NCBI GenBank assembly: GCA_964450805.1
Contig: CAYVDD010000001.1
Span: 329,288 to 393,287 of the forward strand
Length of the DNA stretch: 64,000 nucleotides
Reading direction: 5' to 3'
From: an uncultured Candidatus Saccharibacteria bacterium
GTDB taxonomy: Bacteria > Patescibacteriota > Minisyncoccia > Minisyncoccales > JANBVM01
Part shown: positions 36,408-45,624 of the stretch, one piece after another
How the letters are laid out: every line of letters begins with the position of its first letter
How positions within the stretch are numbered: the stretch's first letter is position 1
Position numbers and translations under genes: made by a program
Notes under the pieces: generated by a model
What the model was told of the DNA's origin: nothing
Databases searched by the model: none
What the model saw: the letters and a program-made list of their open reading frames with translations, nothing else

Positions 36408-36779
36408 TTATTTGGGAAAAAGAAGAAATATTCCTGAGATTATCAAAACCATACCAATAAGCTGAACTGTGGTTAGAGCTTCTCCTAGAAAAACCCATGA
36501 GCCTAAAGCAACAAGAATGATTCCTGCACTGGTCAATATTGGGTAAGCTATATTCAACTGAATTTTAGATAGAACAAAACCATAAAAGAAAAAACCTATC
36601 AAAAACAGCGAAGCTCCTCCCACAAGCCATGGGTTTTTAATGATATAAGGTAATTTATTCCATAAGCCTGAAATTGAAAAATCCAGATCTCCTAAAAGAA
36701 GAATGCCTTTTTTAAAAAAAATCTGGGCAGTACTGGCTATTACAACAGAGAATACTATAGCAATAATAGTTGACTCCAT
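36408..36779 (-). CDS. small 4-TM EamA/SMR-like transporter (ArnE/F-like lipid-linked sugar flippase candidate)
   Basis: 123 aa with four hydrophobic helices. Adjacent to GT2 enzymes. Confidence 0.5.
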   Translation of the reverse strand: MESTIIAIVFSVVIASTAQIFFKKGILLLGDLDFSISGLWNKLPYIIKNPWLVGGASLFLIGFFFYGFVLSKIQLNIAYPILTSAGIILVALGSWVFLGEALTTVQLIGMVLIISGIFLLFPK

Positions 36780-36863
36780 AATCTTTAAATATTATGCTTT
36801 TAGCTCACTTTATCTGTTTTTTAAAGATAAATCAAGCTTAAAAACCTTGCTCAAGCCAATAGT

Positions 36864-37559
36864 ATGGGATATAAAGAAACTATGAAATTATCTATAGTAA
36901 TACCAATTTTTAATGAAGAAAAAACTCTTTTAAAGCTTATTGAAAAGGTTGAAAAAGCTCCTACTTTAAGGCTTGAAAAAGAGCTTGTTTTGGTTGATGA
37001 CGGCTCCACCGATTTAAGCAAAGATATTTTAAAAAATCTTGATAATAAATATGTTGTTGTTTATCACAAAAAAAACCAAGGAAAAGGAAAAGCTATCAGA
37101 ACTGGTTTCAAACATGCTACTGGAGATATTATTCTTATTCAAGATGCTGACTTGGAGCTTAATCCCAATAATTACCCTGATTTGCTTAACCCTATTTTAA
37201 ATAATAAAACTAATATTGTTTATGGGTCCCGCTACAAACAAAAAGATAATTCAATTTATAAAAGCCATTATTGGGGAGTAAGGATTTTAAGCATTCTAAC
37301 TAATGTTTTATATGGTTCTAATTTGACTGATGTTTATTGCGGCTATAAGGTATTTAAAACTGAAGTCTTGAAAAATCTAAAACTGATTAGTAATAGCTTT
37401 GAAATTGAATCTGAAATGACCGTAAAAGCTCTAAAAAAAGGTTATAATATTACTGAAGTGCCTATTGATTATTTTCCTAGGAAGTTTGATGAGGGAAAAA
37501 AGATAAGACTGGGCAATGGACTCAAAGCTATCTGGGTGATCATTAAAAACAGATTCTGA
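36864..37559 (+). CDS. GT2-family glycosyltransferase (soluble)
   Basis: MKLSIVIPIFNEEKTL...LVDDGSTDLS...IQDADLE. The true start may be the MKLS codon at 36882. Confidence 0.8.
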   Translation: MGYKETMKLSIVIPIFNEEKTLLKLIEKVEKAPTLRLEKELVLVDDGSTDLSKDILKNLDNKYVVVYHKKNQGKGKAIRTGFKHATGDIILIQDADLELNPNNYPDLLNPILNNKTNIVYGSRYKQKDNSIYKSHYWGVRILSILTNVLYGSNLTDVYCGYKVFKTEVLKNLKLISNSFEIESEMTVKALKKGYNITEVPIDYFPRKFDEGKKIRLGNGLKAIWVIIKNRF

Positions 37560-37596
37560 ATTTGACATAAATTCAGAAAATGTAATCATTAAAGAT

Positions 37597-37674
37597 TAAA
37601 GAAAGGAAACCTGGTGAAAATCCAGGGCTGTGCCGCAACTGTAATCCAACTGGTGAGTCAGAATACTTTCTTTA
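37597..37674 (+). promoter_or_regulatory. cobalamin riboswitch aptamer (compact form)
   Basis: Core AAAGGAAACCTGGTGAAAATCCAGGGCTGTGCCGCAACTGTAA matches the conserved GGGAA..GGTGAAAATCC..GCCGCAACTGTAA pattern of cobalamin riboswitches. P1 is closed by TAAAGAAAG (37597-37605) and CTTTCTTTA (37666-37674). Confidence 0.75.
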
Positions 37675-37733
37675 GTAATTAATAATATTTTTCTTTTCGA
37701 GCAAAAAGAAAAGTAAGCTGTTTTTTGAAATAG

Positions 37734-37762
37734 CTTGTTTCGCTCGAAACAGGATTTTTTTT
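37734..37762 (+). terminator. riboswitch expression platform: intrinsic terminator that also sequesters the RBS
   Basis: CTTGTTTCG-CT-CGAAACAGG (9 bp including one G-U) followed by T8, which abuts the ATG at 37763. The AGGA Shine-Dalgarno lies in the 3' arm. The upstream TTCGAGC (37696-37702) can pair with GCTCGAA (37741-37747) as the alternative structure. Confidence 0.65.
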
Positions 37763-39553
37763 ATGAAAAAGAAAATTTCAATTATTTTTCTAGCTACACT
37801 TCTTATTGTATCTTTTGCTGGCATTTCTAGTTCAGAGTCAGAAACAGACAAAGCTGCTAATTACCTCAAATCCCAACCTCAGACTCCTTGGAGCACCATG
37901 GCTTTGGCAGCTAATAATGAATTAGGTCTTGATTTAAGCCACTTAGTCTCTGTTCCTTCAGATCAGAAATCTCCCACTACTTATGCAAAATATATTCTGG
38001 CTTTAGTTGCAGCTGGGCAAAACCCAACCACTTTTGGAGATGAGAATTATGTGGAGCAATTAAAAACTTATTACCAGAACAACCAGTTTGGACAAGAGGA
38101 TCTTATTAATGATGACTTTTGGGCGATTTTAGCTTTAGGAGCACTTGGCCAGGAAAACCTGCAAATGGTTCAAGATGCCAAGCAGTATATTTTAAATAAC
38201 CAGAATGTAAATGGAGGCTGGGGATATGATCTTTCTTCTTCAGATACCAATGATACAGCATCTGCTATAATAGCTCTTTTAGAAGCTGGTGTTTCTGCTT
38301 CTTCACCAGTTATTCAAAACGCATTGTCTTATTTAAAATCCGCTCAAAATGATGATGGTGGTTTTCCTTATACCCTTGGCTCTGCTTCTGATTCCTGCTC
38401 TGATTCCTGGATAATCTCAGCTATTTACAGAGTTAAACAAGACCCTGCTGTTGACTGGATGAAAAATGGAAATAACCCTTTAGACCATCTTAGATCTTTA
38501 CAGGATGAAGATGGTGGTTTCTGGTGGCAAGTTCAGGGAGACAATAAATTCTGCAGCCCTTACGCTCTTTTATCTTTACTTGAACAATCTTACCCAGTTA
38601 AAACAGATTACAATAAGCACAGTATAAGGATTGAAGGCCAGCAAGATACTGTTTGTAATATACAGGTTCATGGAGGAACAGCAATGGATCTTATTGTTTC
38701 TGGAGCTGAAGCCTGTGGCTATAATTACACTATTGTTGAATATACTGGCATGGGTCTTTATTTGTCAGAATTAGCAGGAGAAACCAGCTGGATGTTTATG
38801 GTAAACAATATTTCACCAACAGTAGGAGCAGATAATTATTATTTGAATCCAACTGACAAAGTTTTATGGTTTTCAGGAGACTGGCTGGATGCAGGCTGGC
38901 ATCCAACCAGAATTGAACTAACTCAGACTGATAGTTTAATTACTATTCAGGTTCAGTATTATGATCCAGTAAATAACCAGTGGCAGAATTTAGCAGTAAC
39001 AGGAGTCAAGGTAAAGATTGGCTCTTCAGAACTTACAACAGATAATCAAGGCAAGATTGAAATCGCTTCAAACAGTTTGGAAAATGGTTTTTATGAAGTA
39101 TTTGCGGAGACTCAAATTATTCAGGATATAGGATATATCCGCAGTGAAAAAGTGAGTTTAAAAACAGGAGAAACTCCTGTAGACCATCAGGCTGGATTAA
39201 TGGTTGAAATTGAAAAAATCCAGGTTCCTGACAAAGGAGAGCAAACCGCTATCAGTTTTTCAGTAGAACCCGACTTGTTGGACTTTGGAAAGCTCAAGCC
39301 CGGAGAAAGTAGCAATTCCAGTTTAACTGTTGTAAACGGCCAGACAGCGATTTATTTAGAAGCAGAAGTAAGCGGAGCAAGTGTTTTTCAGGATAATCTA
39401 AAAATCAGTGAACAAATGTGGCAGTTTTTTTCTGCTGACATAGATGCAAACCAAAGCGAGATTCTGCCTATTTATTTCAGTATTCCTGTAACCTATAATG
39501 ATAACTTTGGTTTGCAGGAAGGAAGTATAATTTTTTGGGCTATACAAAAATGA
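37763..39553 (+). CDS. secreted transcobalamin-like protein: alpha/alpha-toroid (prenyltransferase/squalene-oxidase-type repeats) + DUF4430-like domain + C-terminal beta-sandwich domains; putative B12-capture protein
   Basis: Signal peptide MKKKISIIFLATLLIVSFAGISS. Repeats NVNGGWGY, QNDDGGFPY and QDEDGGFWW. Then IRIEGQQDTVCNIQVHGGTAMDLIV...GLYLSELAGETSWMFMVNNISPTVGADNYYLNPTDKVLWF (DUF4430 pattern). Sits directly behind the cobalamin riboswitch. Confidence 0.6.
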   Translation: MKKKISIIFLATLLIVSFAGISSSESETDKAANYLKSQPQTPWSTMALAANNELGLDLSHLVSVPSDQKSPTTYAKYILALVAAGQNPTTFGDENYVEQLKTYYQNNQFGQEDLINDDFWAILALGALGQENLQMVQDAKQYILNNQNVNGGWGYDLSSSDTNDTASAIIALLEAGVSASSPVIQNALSYLKSAQNDDGGFPYTLGSASDSCSDSWIISAIYRVKQDPAVDWMKNGNNPLDHLRSLQDEDGGFWWQVQGDNKFCSPYALLSLLEQSYPVKTDYNKHSIRIEGQQDTVCNIQVHGGTAMDLIVSGAEACGYNYTIVEYTGMGLYLSELAGETSWMFMVNNISPTVGADNYYLNPTDKVLWFSGDWLDAGWHPTRIELTQTDSLITIQVQYYDPVNNQWQNLAVTGVKVKIGSSELTTDNQGKIEIASNSLENGFYEVFAETQIIQDIGYIRSEKVSLKTGETPVDHQAGLMVEIEKIQVPDKGEQTAISFSVEPDLLDFGKLKPGESSNSSLTVVNGQTAIYLEAEVSGASVFQDNLKISEQMWQFFSADIDANQSEILPIYFSIPVTYNDNFGLQEGSIIFWAIQK

Positions 39554-40089
39554 AAAAAATCTTCTTAATAATATCTCTTTGTTTTATTAGTTTATCTGTT
39601 CAGGCAGTGGCAATTCAAATTCAGCCTTCAGAATTAAAAATTGAAGCTGATGTTGGAGTTTTAACTAAACAGGAAATTATTATACATAATCCAGATAACA
39701 ATGTGGCTTTTTATGAACTTTATATGGATACTTTTTCTGACTGGATTAAGATTCAACCAGAAAGCTTTATCCTGGAAAGTAAAGAATACAAAGAGGTGAT
39801 TCTAGAAATCAAAAGTAAAGAAACAGGTTTTTTTAAAAGCACGCTTTCTGTTTTAGCTAAGCCTTTATCTGAAAGAAAATTTAAAGCGGAATCAGGCGTG
39901 AAAATTCCAGTAGAAATTAGAATCAATGAAAGCAAGTCTTACTTCTTAGCTAATATTGTTCATGCTTTAAATTTAACTCAAAGATCAAAAGCCATTATCT
40001 ATTACATACTCAGCTTGCTTTTAATTTTGACTCTAATTATTCTTTATATAAGAAAAAAGAATCTTGGTTCAAACAAATTAAAATCCTAA
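39550..40089 (+). CDS. signal-peptide protein with one beta-sandwich-like domain and a C-terminal TM anchor (unknown function, co-operonic with the B12-capture candidate)
   Basis: MKKIFLIISLCFISLSVQA, a ~110-aa beta-rich region, and IIYYILSLLLILTLIILYI followed by a basic tail. Its ATG overlaps the upstream TGA (ATGA). Confidence 0.6.
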   Translation: MKKIFLIISLCFISLSVQAVAIQIQPSELKIEADVGVLTKQEIIIHNPDNNVAFYELYMDTFSDWIKIQPESFILESKEYKEVILEIKSKETGFFKSTLSVLAKPLSERKFKAESGVKIPVEIRINESKSYFLANIVHALNLTQRSKAIIYYILSLLLILTLIILYIRKKNLGSNKLKS

Positions 40090-41187
40090 AGATCCAGCCA
40101 GCATATCTACAAAAGCCACATTAGGATTCACTAGAGAAAAACAATAATTTGAAACCACGAACAGACACACAACCAGCACCACTGCTGGTTTTTTTAATTT
40201 TTCATTCAATTTACTTTCCAAAAACTCAATTCCCTGAACAGCCAACAAGATCCCTAAAGGAGCGAAAATAAAAACTGTACGAGCCCCAGCAGAAGTGGTC
40301 CAAAGCAAAAAAGAAAAGGAAGAAGGAATCAAAGCTAAAAACACTTTCATTCTAAAAATATTCTTTTCCTTTGACTCTTTCCACAAGCCCAACAAGATGA
40401 AAGGCCAGATAACACCCAAAATCCTAAACAGCTGACCCAAATACCTCAAGCTAGTCAGCACAAAACTCTCCCCTGTTTTACTAACAGCCCTGCTCATAAT
40501 CCAATCATAACTTGTAGAATTAAAAATATTGTAAACTGCGATTTGTAAAATTATTACAGGAATTAAAAATGGAAAAACAAATTCACACATTTTTTTAAAT
40601 TTCTCTTTCAAATTAAATTCACTAGATAAAAGAATCATACAAACAAAAAAGGAAATACCTAAAGCAGCATTCTCTTTAAGCAAAAACCCTATCCCAGAAA
40701 TAAAACCATTTAAAAAAATCAATTTATTATTTCTTTTTTTAAAAAACAATAAAGTTAAAAACAAAGAAAATATGTAAAAAAACCAGGCTCCCATGTCAGT
40801 CAAATATGCCAAACCAACATCCAAAACTGGAGTGGCAGCAGCAAAAAACACAGAACCTAAAAAAGCTTTCCTAGAATCACCAACAACAATCTCAACAATT
40901 TTAAAAATAAAAAACACTGCTAAAAAGTAAAAAATAAAATTCTGAATAACTAACCCTGCTCCAGGCCCCAAGAATTCAAAAGGAAGAGCCAAGAAACTTC
41001 CCAAAGGCCTTAGTGCGTGATAAGGCTCAAGGTAAGAAACATCAAGCTTTCCCTGAAACCACTTGATATCATCTAAAAAAACAACAGTATCCCCATAATG
41101 CTTAAAACCAAATATAAAAGAAATTGCCAAAGCATTAAAAAAAGCAAATATTATTGCATAAATTAAAAACCTGTTTTTTTCAAGCAT
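40078..41187 (-). CDS. polytopic membrane protein (candidate glycan polymerase or GT-C enzyme)
   Basis: 369 aa and hydrophobic throughout. Lies at the distal end of a run of GT4 genes. Confidence 0.3.
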   Translation of the reverse strand: MLEKNRFLIYAIIFAFFNALAISFIFGFKHYGDTVVFLDDIKWFQGKLDVSYLEPYHALRPLGSFLALPFEFLGPGAGLVIQNFIFYFLAVFFIFKIVEIVVGDSRKAFLGSVFFAAATPVLDVGLAYLTDMGAWFFYIFSLFLTLLFFKKRNNKLIFLNGFISGIGFLLKENAALGISFFVCMILLSSEFNLKEKFKKMCEFVFPFLIPVIILQIAVYNIFNSTSYDWIMSRAVSKTGESFVLTSLRYLGQLFRILGVIWPFILLGLWKESKEKNIFRMKVFLALIPSSFSFLLWTTSAGARTVFIFAPLGILLAVQGIEFLESKLNEKLKKPAVVLVVCLFVVSNYCFSLVNPNVAFVDMLAGSLGF

Positions 41188-42274
41188 TTATCATTGAAAT
41201 ATAATTTTTAATATATTTTTGATTTGAAAAATTATTCTCAATAAACTTTCTCCCCTCTTTCCCCATTTTAACTGCTAATTCTTTATTTCTCAAAAGAATC
41301 CTTAACTTCTCTGCTAATTGCTCTATATCCTTAGGATTAAACAAAAATCCATTCTTACCGTCTTTTATTAAGTCTGGAATTCCAACTACATTGCTTCCAA
41401 TAACAGGTTTACTTAGAGCCATAGATTCCATCAAAACCCTGCCTAAACCTTCTGAAAAAGAAGGTAAAACCAAACAATAGCATTTTCTCATTATTTCTTT
41501 CGTAGCTTCCAAGGATAATCTTCCTTTAAAATCTACTTCTTTCTCCAAACCTAAGTTTTTAGCTTTTAATTGTAAATCTTTTTTAATCGAACCTTCTCCT
41601 ACAATTACTAATTTAAAAGAAGGAAATTCTTTTTTAATCTTTAAAAAAGCTTCAATCAAAGTATCAATATTTTTAACAACTGAAAGAAAGCCAACAAACA
41701 GAATAAAGTTTTCTGAGAAAGTATTTTTTTCAGCTAAAAAGATATCAATATCAGTGAAAGTAGGAAATAGAAAATAGGGTTTTTGTCCTGAAATTTTAAA
41801 AGCCTGGTTTTTGGTAAATTTTGAAATAGCCCTAACCTTATCAGCTTTTCTTAAGCTAATCTTGGCTAAAACAGGAATTATCTTTCTCTGAAGGAATTCA
41901 AACTTTCTTTTTTTTGAAAGAAAAGGACCTTCTATCCAATCTCCATGTATTTCAACAATCAGTTCTTTTTTTAAAAAAGTTTTAATTATTGAACCTGTAA
42001 GTCCTTCTATTAAAGGCGACTGGGCAATAATTGTATCAATTTTCTTTGTTAAACATATCCAGAATCCAAAAATTAAAAAAACAGGCCAAAATAAAAGACT
42101 GGAGGGAAAAAGATAGAATTCTGTGTTCCATTTTTTAATATGAAAAGGTTTTCCTTTTGCCAGAACAAAAGTTTTTATTCCCTTGCTTAACCCTAAAAAC
42201 TTTTCCTCAAGATGAGACAAGGAACGTTCTTTAAAATCATAATTTGTTGCGCTGATGAATAATACTTTTTTCAC
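41180..42274 (-). CDS. GT4-family glycosyltransferase
   Basis: SFSEGLGRVLMESMALSKPVIGS. Confidence 0.8.
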   Translation of the reverse strand: MKKVLFISATNYDFKERSLSHLEEKFLGLSKGIKTFVLAKGKPFHIKKWNTEFYLFPSSLLFWPVFLIFGFWICLTKKIDTIIAQSPLIEGLTGSIIKTFLKKELIVEIHGDWIEGPFLSKKRKFEFLQRKIIPVLAKISLRKADKVRAISKFTKNQAFKISGQKPYFLFPTFTDIDIFLAEKNTFSENFILFVGFLSVVKNIDTLIEAFLKIKKEFPSFKLVIVGEGSIKKDLQLKAKNLGLEKEVDFKGRLSLEATKEIMRKCYCLVLPSFSEGLGRVLMESMALSKPVIGSNVVGIPDLIKDGKNGFLFNPKDIEQLAEKLRILLRNKELAVKMGKEGRKFIENNFSNQKYIKNYISMINA

Positions 42275-43443
42275 TAATCCTGATTTAAAATAATATCTAT
42301 TGTTCTTTTAACTAAATTATCCCAGCTGAACTGTTTTAATTTCTTTTTTGAATTTGTAATGAAAGTCTGCTGAAGATTCTTATCATTGTAAAGCTTTATA
42401 ATTGATTCCTTAATCTGCTTTTTATTATTGTATTCCATTAATAATCCATTGAAGTTATCTTCAACAAGCTCTGAATTTCCCCCGCTATCAGAAAGAATCA
42501 TTGGCACATTTAACTGCATTGCTTCTAAAGCCACGTGAGACAATCCTTCATATTCAGAGTTTAAAACAAACATGTCAGCTGCTTTAAAATACAGAGAAAT
42601 ATCCTGGTGATTGATTCTGCCTGTGAGTCTGACCTTGTCTTTTATTTTTAATTGTTTAATCTTGTTCTCTAAATTCTTTTTTTCACTACCTTCTCCAACA
42701 ATCACTAATCTAAAATCAGGATTTTGCTTTAATAAATCAGGCATTATATCAATAAGTGTTTCAAAACCTTTCCAGGAACATAGCCTTCCAACAGATAAAA
42801 TAATGTCTCCATGAATGTTTATCTTTTGCTTTGCATTCTCTCTTGAAAAATCAGGTTCTTGAAAAAAATCCAAGGAATTATAAATAACTGATATTTTTTC
42901 TTTTGAAATTCCCCAGGAACAAACAATATCTCTTAAATAATAACTTGGAACAATAATCTCATCAGAATTTTTTACAGTGAAGCTTCTAATTTTTTTAAGT
43001 AGTTCTACGAAAAACCCGTATTTTTTATTTTGAAATACATCAAGGCTGTCAGGCTTCTTACTTCTATTGGCATAGTTTTCCCAGGCAGCATCCCCTACTA
43101 CTTTTGAAACTAATTTCTTTCTCAAAAGTCTGGAAATAATCAAGCTGGGCAAACCTGCGCTGATTTGGTTCTGGCTATAAATTACATCTTTGTTTTTTGA
43201 AATGCTTAACAATTTTAAAAAAAACAATAAATGCCTTATTCCTTTTGGATATTTTCTTGAAATTCTTGCCACAGGGAATCCATAATCATCCGGCAGCATC
43301 TTGTCTGAAAATGTAACCATATCAACTTCAAATCCTCTTTTAACAAGTTCTTTTCCAAGTTTGCTAACATAGATGGCAGGACCACCAATATCTGGAGGAA
43401 ATATTCCTGTAGCAAAAACTATTCTTTTAGACATATTGTCCAT
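42274..43443 (-). CDS. GT4-family glycosyltransferase
   Basis: SEYEGLSHVALEAMQLNVPMILSD. Confidence 0.8.
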   Translation of the reverse strand: MDNMSKRIVFATGIFPPDIGGPAIYVSKLGKELVKRGFEVDMVTFSDKMLPDDYGFPVARISRKYPKGIRHLLFFLKLLSISKNKDVIYSQNQISAGLPSLIISRLLRKKLVSKVVGDAAWENYANRSKKPDSLDVFQNKKYGFFVELLKKIRSFTVKNSDEIIVPSYYLRDIVCSWGISKEKISVIYNSLDFFQEPDFSRENAKQKINIHGDIILSVGRLCSWKGFETLIDIMPDLLKQNPDFRLVIVGEGSEKKNLENKIKQLKIKDKVRLTGRINHQDISLYFKAADMFVLNSEYEGLSHVALEAMQLNVPMILSDSGGNSELVEDNFNGLLMEYNNKKQIKESIIKLYNDKNLQQTFITNSKKKLKQFSWDNLVKRTIDIILNQD

Positions 43444-44527
43444 AAATCCTATATACCATTTCTATAATATTATCCCAGTTGTATCTTTTTAAAGCTGAAA
43501 AGGCTTGTTCTGTCAATTTTTTTACAAACTTTAATTTTGAATGAATGGCTACTATTGCTCCTTTAATTTGCTCTGGACTTTTAGGATCCACTAAAATCCC
43601 TGTTTCCTTATCTTCAATTAAATCAAGTATTCCCCCAACTTTAGTAGCAATAACAGGAACTTTAGCTGCCATTGCTTCAAGAATCACTATTCCAAATCCT
43701 TCACTTACTGAGGGCAAAACAAAACAATCAGCAACTGACAAATAATCAGGGGCTCTGTTATTTTCAATTTGACCTAAGAACTGAATATGCTTTTTTAAAC
43801 CAAGGCTTTTTGAAAGATTCTCAAGGTTTTCTCTTTCTGAACCGTCACCAATAATCAACAGCTTGTATTTAAAATCCAAATCTTTAACTGCCTGAATCAA
43901 ATATTTGATTCCTTTAACTTTTTCAAGACGAGCTATTGTCATAATCACAAACTCGCCATTTAAGCTAAGTTTTCTTTTATTTTCTGATCTGTCTAAATTT
44001 CTGAATCTTTCCAAATCAATACCATTAGGAATTACTTTAATATTCTTACACTCAATACTTTCGAAGTATTCCCTAATTTTAACACTTGCCGCAATGCAGG
44101 TCTTAGCATTATTATATACCAGTCTTCTTATAAAGCTTTTGTCTCTTTCCAGTCTCTGAACTGTAATAATATAGGAAATCTTTGTCAGTTTAAACAAGAA
44201 GTAACCAAGAAATCCGCTTAAAAAACTCTGGCAGTGCATAATATCAATCTTTTCTTTTTTAATCAGATTAAGGGATTTCAAAAAAATGAAAGGCATTGCA
44301 GTAATTATATATATCAAAGAAGAATGAGAAAGATTGTTTAAAAAAAACAAAGATGTTCTTGTAATATTAACATTGTTGTAAATTTCCTGTTTAGGTCTGT
44401 TTTTAACTTTTCCAGTAATAACAAAAACCTCTGCTTTTTTTGCAGTTCCTTCAGCAATTTTTCTAGTCCATGTCTCAAGCCCCCCTATTACAGGAAAGTA
44501 ATGTAAAACCGGTATTAATACCTTCAT
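43427..44527 (-). CDS. GT4-family glycosyltransferase
   Basis: SVSEGFGIVILEAMAAKVPVIAT. Confidence 0.8.
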   Translation of the reverse strand: MKVLIPVLHYFPVIGGLETWTRKIAEGTAKKAEVFVITGKVKNRPKQEIYNNVNITRTSLFFLNNLSHSSLIYIITAMPFIFLKSLNLIKKEKIDIMHCQSFLSGFLGYFLFKLTKISYIITVQRLERDKSFIRRLVYNNAKTCIAASVKIREYFESIECKNIKVIPNGIDLERFRNLDRSENKRKLSLNGEFVIMTIARLEKVKGIKYLIQAVKDLDFKYKLLIIGDGSERENLENLSKSLGLKKHIQFLGQIENNRAPDYLSVADCFVLPSVSEGFGIVILEAMAAKVPVIATKVGGILDLIEDKETGILVDPKSPEQIKGAIVAIHSKLKFVKKLTEQAFSALKRYNWDNIIEMVYRIYGQYV

Positions 44528-45621
44528 AATTCAGTAATATTTTTTTTAATTATTCCAATCATTTTTTCAATGTCTTTTTCACGATAATAATTCTGCAAAG
44601 GGAAATTAATGATTCTTTTTGATACTTCAATTGTGTTGGGAAAATCACTTGGATTAATTCTATATTCTTTCTGAAACTCGCTATTAGAAATAATTGGACT
44701 GTGCCACATTCTTGTACAGAATATTTTTTTCTTTTTCAACTTATTTACAAATTCATCTCTTTTCTGCTCCAAATGTTTTGGAATTAAGGCAGAAATATAG
44801 CAGAAAACATTGTTTTCTGATTTCTGAACTTGAAAGCCAAGGTTCTTTAATTGTTTCTGAAAACTCAAAGCAAGTTGTTTTCTTTTCTCAAGAGAATTAT
44901 TGTAATCATTCAAAAAACTGGAAAACAAATTCAAAGAAACTGAATTAATGGAAGCTGGTTCTAATATCTTTTCTTTTCTAATAAATTCCTGCTTTAATTT
45001 ATCACCTGGAAGTTTTTTAAAAATAAAAGCAAAAAAAGGAAATGAATTCAATAAGGAAATCATATCCCTGAAACTGAATCTGGTTTTTTTAAGTTCAACA
45101 TTCCATTCTTTTGGGCAAACAAGTATTCCCCCCCTCACGCTGGGAAATTGCTTGTACAGGCTGAAAAACAAAGCATTGTTAGATTTGTAATTTAAATTAA
45201 AATAATGGGCGCAGTCTTCAATAACATGAATATTGTTTATCCTGCTGACATCAGAATGCAAACCGTATGTATGTGGAAACAAAACAGCTTTTGTCTGGGC
45301 TGTAATTGTATTTAAAACCTTTTCCTGATCTAAACTAAAAGTTTCAAGATCAATATCCAAAAGAACAGGCTTGATATTGTAATGTTTTAAAACAGGATAA
45401 AAGATATCACAGATGTATGCTGGAAGAATAATCTCGCAGGCTTTCAGGTTCATTTTCTCAATAATAATTTTAAAAGCTGACCTTCCCATATCAGTAAAGA
45501 TAATCCTTCTGCCAGGAAAGAATGAATTAAATAAAGAAAAATTAGGTTTTTTGAAAAAACTTGCAATTATTTTTTTCAAGTTGGGAATATTAAATTGAAT
45601 CTGAGGATGAACAAAAAACAT
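44524..45621 (-). CDS. DegT/DnrJ/EryC1-like PLP-dependent sugar aminotransferase (divergent)
   Basis: VIEDCAHYF and FFSLYKQFPSVRGGILV (candidate PLP lysine); 365 aa. Confidence 0.5.
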   Translation of the reverse strand: MFFVHPQIQFNIPNLKKIIASFFKKPNFSLFNSFFPGRRIIFTDMGRSAFKIIIEKMNLKACEIILPAYICDIFYPVLKHYNIKPVLLDIDLETFSLDQEKVLNTITAQTKAVLFPHTYGLHSDVSRINNIHVIEDCAHYFNLNYKSNNALFFSLYKQFPSVRGGILVCPKEWNVELKKTRFSFRDMISLLNSFPFFAFIFKKLPGDKLKQEFIRKEKILEPASINSVSLNLFSSFLNDYNNSLEKRKQLALSFQKQLKNLGFQVQKSENNVFCYISALIPKHLEQKRDEFVNKLKKKKIFCTRMWHSPIISNSEFQKEYRINPSDFPNTIEVSKRIINFPLQNYYREKDIEKMIGIIKKNITEL

Positions 45622-45624
45622 ATT

